This document shows positions 57,136 to 64,000 of a stretch of DNA of 64,000 nucleotides, piece after piece. This DNA comes from Octopus vulgaris (Eukaryota): assembly GCA_951406725.2 (NCBI GenBank), contig OX597825.1, positions 9,610,001 through 9,674,000 on the forward strand, in the 5' to 3' direction. The notes beneath the pieces were generated by a model. That model saw nothing but the letters and a program-made list of their open reading frames with translations, had not been told where the DNA came from and did not search any database. Each line of letters opens with the position of its first letter. Within the stretch, counting starts at the first letter, position 1. The position numbers and the translations under genes are program-made.

Positions 57136-57637
57136 GTATGTATGTATGTATGTATGTATGTATGTATGTATGTATGTATGAATATATGTATGTATGTATG
57201 TATGTATGTGTATGTATGTATGTATGTATGTATGTATGTATGTATGTATGTATGAATGTATGTATGTATGTATGTGTGTATGTATGTATGTATGTATGTA
57301 TGTATGTATGTATGTATGTATCTATGTATGAGTAGATACCTTTTCAAAATCTGAAAGAAGCAGAATTTAAGATGTAGAATTTAGATATATGGTTATTCAA
57401 ATAATGTCTACATACAAGACAAGTCACGTTTCTTTCAAGTTGTAAAATTATGATGATTTAGAAACTTACAAAAAAAAAACTTGAGTAGTCTTGTAAGTGC
57501 TGTCATATGAATAAACACACATATGTGTATGTACGTTTATATATATATTTGTGTGTGTGTGTGTGTATTAATGTACGACTACATATATGTCGTACCTGTG
57601 TATTTTTGTATGTTCATGTGTTTATAGGTCTGTACAT

Positions 57638-58040
<403 letters not shown>

Positions 58041-59904
58041 CCTATATGCATGCATACTTACATATACGTTTTGATCCTTGCTGCATGTGGAGAAAGAAAC
58101 AATGGCCATGACCTTTGTAGGTCCTTAATGAAGTTAAGGTTGATGCTTCTAACGCCCTCTTAAAGTATTGCAATTAACACTTGTCGAAAATACATGACCA
58201 GAGACCTAACGGGGGTAGTGATTATTGCGGGGTCAGGAACCCCTGTGATAAATGTATCAGTGGGAATAACGTAGCAGATGTGACTTGTGGCTAGAAGATT
58301 CCAAGGGGCAGAGGTCATTATTGTTGTATTACTTGGAATCAAAACCCCGACGGAAGCCCAAACGACAGTACTTTCTATAGTGTCTCATACTATTGCGCCA
58401 TTTTGGCTGAATACCACCATGGTAAAGAATGGCAGCGAAGTGTGTATACGGTGTTGAATGTGTAGTCGACAACACCACACCATATCACTCTGTGTGTGTG
58501 TGTGTATGTGTGTATGTGTGCATGTATGTGTGTGTGGTGTATGTGTGTGTTATGTATGCGTATATATATATAGAGAGAGAGAAAGAGAGTATGTGAGAGA
58601 GAGAGAGAGTGTGTGAGTGATGTTATGAATGTATAAATTTGCATTTATTTCTTTATTTCTTTTTTCTGTCTTTCTTTTTCTCTGCAATCAGGTATAAACA
58701 CAGTCACATACGTATATATATATCTATCTATGTGTGTGTGTGCGTGTGTGAGTGTATGTGTGTGTATATGTATGTATACTGTGTATATATATATATATAT
58801 ATATTTATATCGGTAGATACATAGATAGATAGATAGACAGACAGTTAGATGTGTATATACATATATGAGTGTGTGTATGTAGGTATCTATGTGTGTGTGC
58901 GTGTGTATGAGTGTGTATATGCCTTCCATCTAATCCTTTTCATATTCTATCGCAGACTATTCTTGAAGAATGTATACATTTATATATACCTATACACATG
59001 TGTGCATGTATGCATGGATGCATGAATGATGCATGTATGCATAGTTGTATGTATGTATGCATGCATATGTATATATATATATATATACATACAATCTTAC
59101 GCTTCACATCATGTTTCTGTTCGCCGTTGGAGCCAGTTCTATGGCCAGATATTGAATTGTCAATGAATTTACAGACTGTTGCTTGCTGCCGATCAAAATG
59201 AAAAAAAAAACTACTCTGCTACTGTTTCTCTTTTCTTTTCTTTTCCAGCCCCCCCCCCCTTATGTTTCAGTTTCATATCTGAAACAGTTTTGATGTCCTA
59301 AGATTTAATAATAATTGGGAGCTGATGTTCATTCCAATATTCTACCCTTTCTAATTATACCATCTTCCTCATTCTCATCATTACAACCCCCATCATGATC
59401 ATCATTATTACCCTCCTCCTTACCATCATCATCGTATTCATCATCATCATCATCATCATCACCAGCAACAAGAGCTGCAACGTACCAGTAGAAGTAACAG
59501 CAATATTTACTGCATTGTTGACACTTTCTGTAAGGAATCGGTTTCATATTAAATTTAACCCAAAAAATGTTTATTTAAAGAAAAAGGCTAGAAACTTCAA
59601 TAGAATAAAATAAATCCTCTGTGATGCGTTAAGTTTTATTTGTATTTTTGGAATGGTCTTTTTTTTATTTTTTAGTTAGTTGATTTAAAATTTCTTCAAG
59701 ATTCAATGCGTCACATAAATAATATTCTTGTGTTATAATATTGAAGTTGAAATACTAATATATATAGAGAGAGAAGAAAAAAATGCTTGCTTCTATGTTA
59801 TGTTGTTTGTTTGTAATATTGTTTTTAGATGAATGATCTGTTGTTGCTTTAGTGAACTTGTAATTCTATTTTTCTCTTATTGTTCTTTTCGTTCTTGTCC
59901 TTCT

Positions 59905-59983
59905 AATAATAATAACAACAACAACAACGAAAACAACAACAACAGCAGCAGCAACAACAGCAATAATAATTATAATAATAATG

Positions 59984-60044
<61 letters not shown>

Positions 60045-60109
60045 CAATGATAATAGTAATAGTAGTAATAATAATAATGTTAATGATAATGATGCTAATA
60101 ATATTAATG

Positions 60110-60164
<55 letters not shown>

Positions 60165-60250
60165 TAATAATAATAATAATAATTATAATAATAATAATGA
60201 TAGCTGTAGTAGTAGTGATAGTAGTAATTGTAGTTGTAATAATAATAATA
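59905..60250. repeat. Compound (AAT/AAC/AGT)n microsatellite
   Basis: Read directly. Accounts for the poly-N ORF 59833-60306. Confidence 0.93.
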
Positions 60251-61128
60251 TTGCTCTTTGGTCAAGTCAGCTAAGCATTATTTGTATTTCTGCAATGCAA
60301 GAATGACTTAGTTTCTTGTATTGCTTGCTTTTCCATTTCCTTTTCCTTTTTCGTTTCTTTTTCTTTTTTTGTCATAAAATTTTAAAAATGCACAAAAAAT
60401 AAATTCCTAATAAAACTTTTTTCTCATTGTGTTATGGTAATGCTGATAAATTTTTTTCTAAATAAGAAAAAAAATAATAAAATTAAAAATATCGAGAGAA
60501 AACACGAAATAGTAATAAATTTCTTAGAAAAAATATGATTTCAATTATTTTGAACAGAAATTGCACTCGCTTCCAATAAAAGAGAACTGGCTGCAAGATA
60601 CTATCAAGAAACTATATAAACGTGTCGCTTAATCATCCTTTTGCGAACTTCAATAAAGTTGAGGATAAAAAAAAAAATACGCAATGACGTTGGTTATTGT
60701 TTTACAAAGGTTGTTGTGGAATGTGGGGAAAGACAAATAAAATAGTTACAATAAAACATTACAGAGAGCATTGCTGCAAAAAAGTTTTCTCTAAATATGT
60801 TGTAGTTTATTTTTAAGTTTCATTTTTACTCATTCTTTTTTGTCTGGTTTCTATCTGATATTCCTACTATCTTAAATATTTTCTCCGCCAGTCCTAGAAG
60901 TTTTCAACTCACGTTCATAATAAAGGTTTTGTATTGTGTAGTTTCATAAAAACACGCGTACTAATTTGTTACTTAGACACAAAGGTACTAAATACATAAG
61001 AGGGTGGAGAATAAGTTAAGAGATTGTGTTACGATTGCGTAACTTTTCTCCAAAAGTATTTTTCACGTGACTGATGTGAATTGGTCGGTTGATTTGGTTG
61101 ACGTCTCTCACATCCAATGATATATTAA

Positions 61129-61503
61129 TCTCTCTATATATATAAACGGCAGTTTGTCTGTCTGCGTGTCTGTGTGTCTGTTAGATTGTACCCTCACCCT
61201 GACCACGGCTTTCAACCGATTCTGATGAAACTTGACACACACATAGCCCAATGTCATAATTCAAAACTAACGCAGCGAAAAGTTTGAAAAGTTCCCCCAG
61301 TTCTGAAAAAAATCGATAAATTCGACATGGGGTCGAGAATCAGAAACACAAACCACAGACTGTCTAGGGGGTGCAACTCGACCTTTTTAACTCTCAAAAA
61401 AAATTTACCATCATTTTTTTGCTATGTTTTGGCTATAGTTCTCTAAAAATGCTTTATAGTTATTTCCCTTACAAACCCGAGCAACGCCGGGCGATACTGC
61501 TAG
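61129..61503 (+). mobile_element. Non-autonomous Helitron with a different 5' and internal region
   Basis: A|TCtctctatatatataaacggc...cccgagcaacgccgggcgatactgCTAG|T. Confidence 0.88.
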
Positions 61504-61614
61504 TAATTCATATGCGAATATAAGTGATTTTAGTGATTACTGCTTCTCTAACGACAGTTCAATAAAGACCTAGCAGGAAAGTAAAGAGACATCGGTCGAA
61601 ATAAGTGAAAGATA

Positions 61615-62012
61615 TCTTTATATATAAAAGAGAGGTTGTGTGCTGTCTGTCTCCTACGATTTAGATTCCTAACTACTCCCACATTTTGCGGTGCAGTTTA
61701 ACCAAAACCGGGTATCTTATAGTCGTGATTCATATCGAGCCCTTCTGGGTATTAGCGCGCGTCTACGATGAGTCTACGATTTAAAAAGAAATTACCATCA
61801 ATTTTTCTCATTTTTAATGCATTTTTGGCATATATAAGGGAAGTAACTCTCTAAAAATTTATTATTAAATCTCAGAACGTAAAAAGCTACAGTAACACCC
61901 CCCCCCCTTTGTGGTTAGCCATATTGAGATGGCTATTATACTTTACATCTCTAAAAATGCTTATATAGTTATTTCCCTTACAAACCCGAGCAACACCGGG
62001 CGATACTGCTAG
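61615..62012 (+). mobile_element. Non-autonomous Helitron
   Basis: A|TCtttatatataaaag...cccgagcaacaccgggcgatactgCTAG|T. The 5' half matches the copy at 11282. Confidence 0.9.
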
Positions 62013-62171
62013 TCACTGATTAAATTAAAATAAGTTTTGTGGATTCGCTTTTAGAACATAAGTAGCGCTCGAATCATGGTACGCTGATTAGATACTGTAA
62101 CAATAGCTTCTACTCAAAATATATCGTATATAAGATACTACGCACTGATATTCCTAAAAAAAGAAAAAATG

Positions 62172-62401
62172 TTCCTTCTCGAGCCATGCCAGTTTCCCAG
62201 TTTCAATGGTGTAGAAATCCCCCACCTGGGCGGGACGCCGGTCCGTCGCAGGATTAATCATTTTTGCCAGCTGAGTGGACTGGAGCAACGTGAAATGAAA
62301 TGTTTTGCTCAAGAACACAACACATCGCCCGGTCAAGGAATCGAAACCACAACCTTACGATCATGAGTTCAACACCCTTACCACTAACCACGTGCCTCCA
62401 C
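62172..62401 (-). mobile_element. tRNA-derived SINE family C
   Basis: Minus-strand B box GGTTTCGATTCC. The central tgctccagtccactcagctggcaaaaatga is shared, diverged, with the copy at 9200. Confidence 0.85.
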
Positions 62402-63248
62402 TAGTGATATTCATAAGTGGTCATGACTAACTTCAGATATTATCGACTACAAATTTCATTTTGTAGATTATATAAATGTCAACTTTTGCAGCTCGTCCTT
62501 AGAAAATCACCCATACTTCCATTACTTCACCTCAGCTTCTATAACCATCATATAATTCCTCGGGTAAATAGAAACAACAGAAAATATTGTTACGAGGTAG
62601 GATCACCATCAGTGTTTGCTTCATTAGGAGGAAACCTCAATTAATCGAATAATAAAACGTTTCGCGAACAGTGAGAATCAGAACGATGGCATACATATTC
62701 ATTGATAATACGTTCGGGAAAATTCGAAAGTGAATTTGAATATCGCTTTTTGTATTTCATCATTGGAAAGCAGCTTCTTCCGGATGACTGTGTTTATCCC
62801 ACACTCGATTCGTTAGCTTAAGGGGACGTTAGGATACTTAGTGTTACCGCATAGTTCTGTCTCTTGAGTCACGACTACTCCGGATTAATGAATTTAACGA
62901 ATTATTTGCTGACGCTGCCAAAGAATAATAAACTTCCATGAGCGAGGGGAACAGTGAGAATTAGTACGATAAAATATATTCATGATTAATGCGTTCCCGC
63001 TCTATTTTTCATATTAATGCGCTTTTCCTACGATTTATGGACAATTAACTAATAATATACATAGATAAACAGAGAAAGAGAGAGTTTGATAACACAGAGA
63101 GAGATATATACATTTATGTATATATATATATATATATATATTCATATATGTGTGTGCATACTTCCATCTATATGTATGTGTATGTATGTATATATATATG
63201 TATATATATGTATATATATGTATATATATATATGTGTGTATATATATA

Positions 63249-63289
<41 letters not shown>

Positions 63290-63484
63290 ATATAAATATG
63301 TATATATAGATATACATATATACATATATGTGTATATATACACATACATACATATATACACACACATACATATACATATACTAGGGTGTTAGGAAATACC
63401 TACAGTGCTAGAAGTAATAGCTAAACCGCTGTAATGCTGTAGTTAACGCACTAACGGGGATAATTACCGTTGGAAAAATGCCGA

Positions 63485-63553
63485 TCGAGAGTTTTTAATA
63501 CTGATGCGTCAGTTTCGGCAATTTCCATTGCGTCATCAGTTAAAACCGCTCGA
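63485..63553 (-). ncRNA. Type I hammerhead ribozyme, antisense copy
   Basis: Minus strand: tcgagcggttttaa CTGATGA cgcaat ggaa attgcc GAAA ctga cgca tcag TA ttaaaaactctcga. C.C mismatch at the base of helix II. Confidence 0.75.
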
Positions 63554-63722
63554 ACGTTCGGTTCTTTCCGGACTCGCTTCGCCATTAGTATTTGAAACAT
63601 TACAAACTGCTGTTTATATTAATTTTATATATACACATTAACGAATTACTAAATCATCCAATAATTTGGATAATGAAAACATAAATACTAATGACGATGC
63701 GAGTCCGGTGAGAGTCAAACAT

Positions 63723-63791
63723 TCGAGCAGTCTTAACTGATGAGGTAACGAAAATTGCCGAAACTGACGCGTCAGTATTAAGAATTCTCGA
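63723..63791 (+). ncRNA. Canonical type I hammerhead ribozyme
   Basis: tcgagcagtcttaa CTGATGA ggtaa cgaaaa ttgcc GAAA ctga cgcg tcag TA ttaagaattctcga. Intact core and all three helices, with an internal loop in helix I. Predicted GUA cleavage after 63777. Confidence 0.9.
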
Positions 63792-64000
63792 TCGGCACTT
63801 TTCGGACGATTATGGTCCCTGTTAATGTATACGATTTCATTTATGTGCGTTAACTACAGTATTAGAGCGGTGTAACTCTTATTTCTAGCAATGTAGGTAT
63901 TTCCTAACACTTATCACATTTAGTGACATTTGTAATTCTCTTTGTTGGTGAAACATTGAAAACTGCTGTTTACATTAATTTTACACACACACACACATAT

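Larger units (their letters stand above)
63386..63910. mobile_element. Foldback element with hammerhead ribozymes on both strands (retrozyme/viroid-like or PLE-derived)
   Basis: Inverted arms 63386-63593 and 63683-63910, about 85% identical by hand count, with a ~20-bp indel. Confidence 0.75.

Overview
AT-rich, extremely microsatellite-rich animal genomic DNA. The SINE and microsatellite repertoire looks like a coleoid cephalopod, most likely Octopus (recognised from memory, not database-checked). No host protein-coding gene can be supported; the window reads as a large intron or intergenic region, and nearly all six-frame ORFs are simple-repeat or SINE artefacts. It holds three tRNA-derived SINE families, non-autonomous Helitrons (one head-to-tail pair), mariner relics, MITEs, LINE fragments and Penelope-like (PLE) GIY-YIG relics. 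The least expected signal is a set of about ten hammerhead ribozyme (HHR) motifs in at least five unrelated repeats. The best case is a ~525-bp imperfect foldback at 63386-63910 with a full type I HHR on each strand and two compensatory base-pair changes between them (retrozyme- or viroid-like architecture). Also notable: a tRNA-promoter plus HHR element with an inverted copy and a 12-bp TSD (56393-56863), and a 134-bp inverted copy of nearby unique DNA inside a mariner relic.
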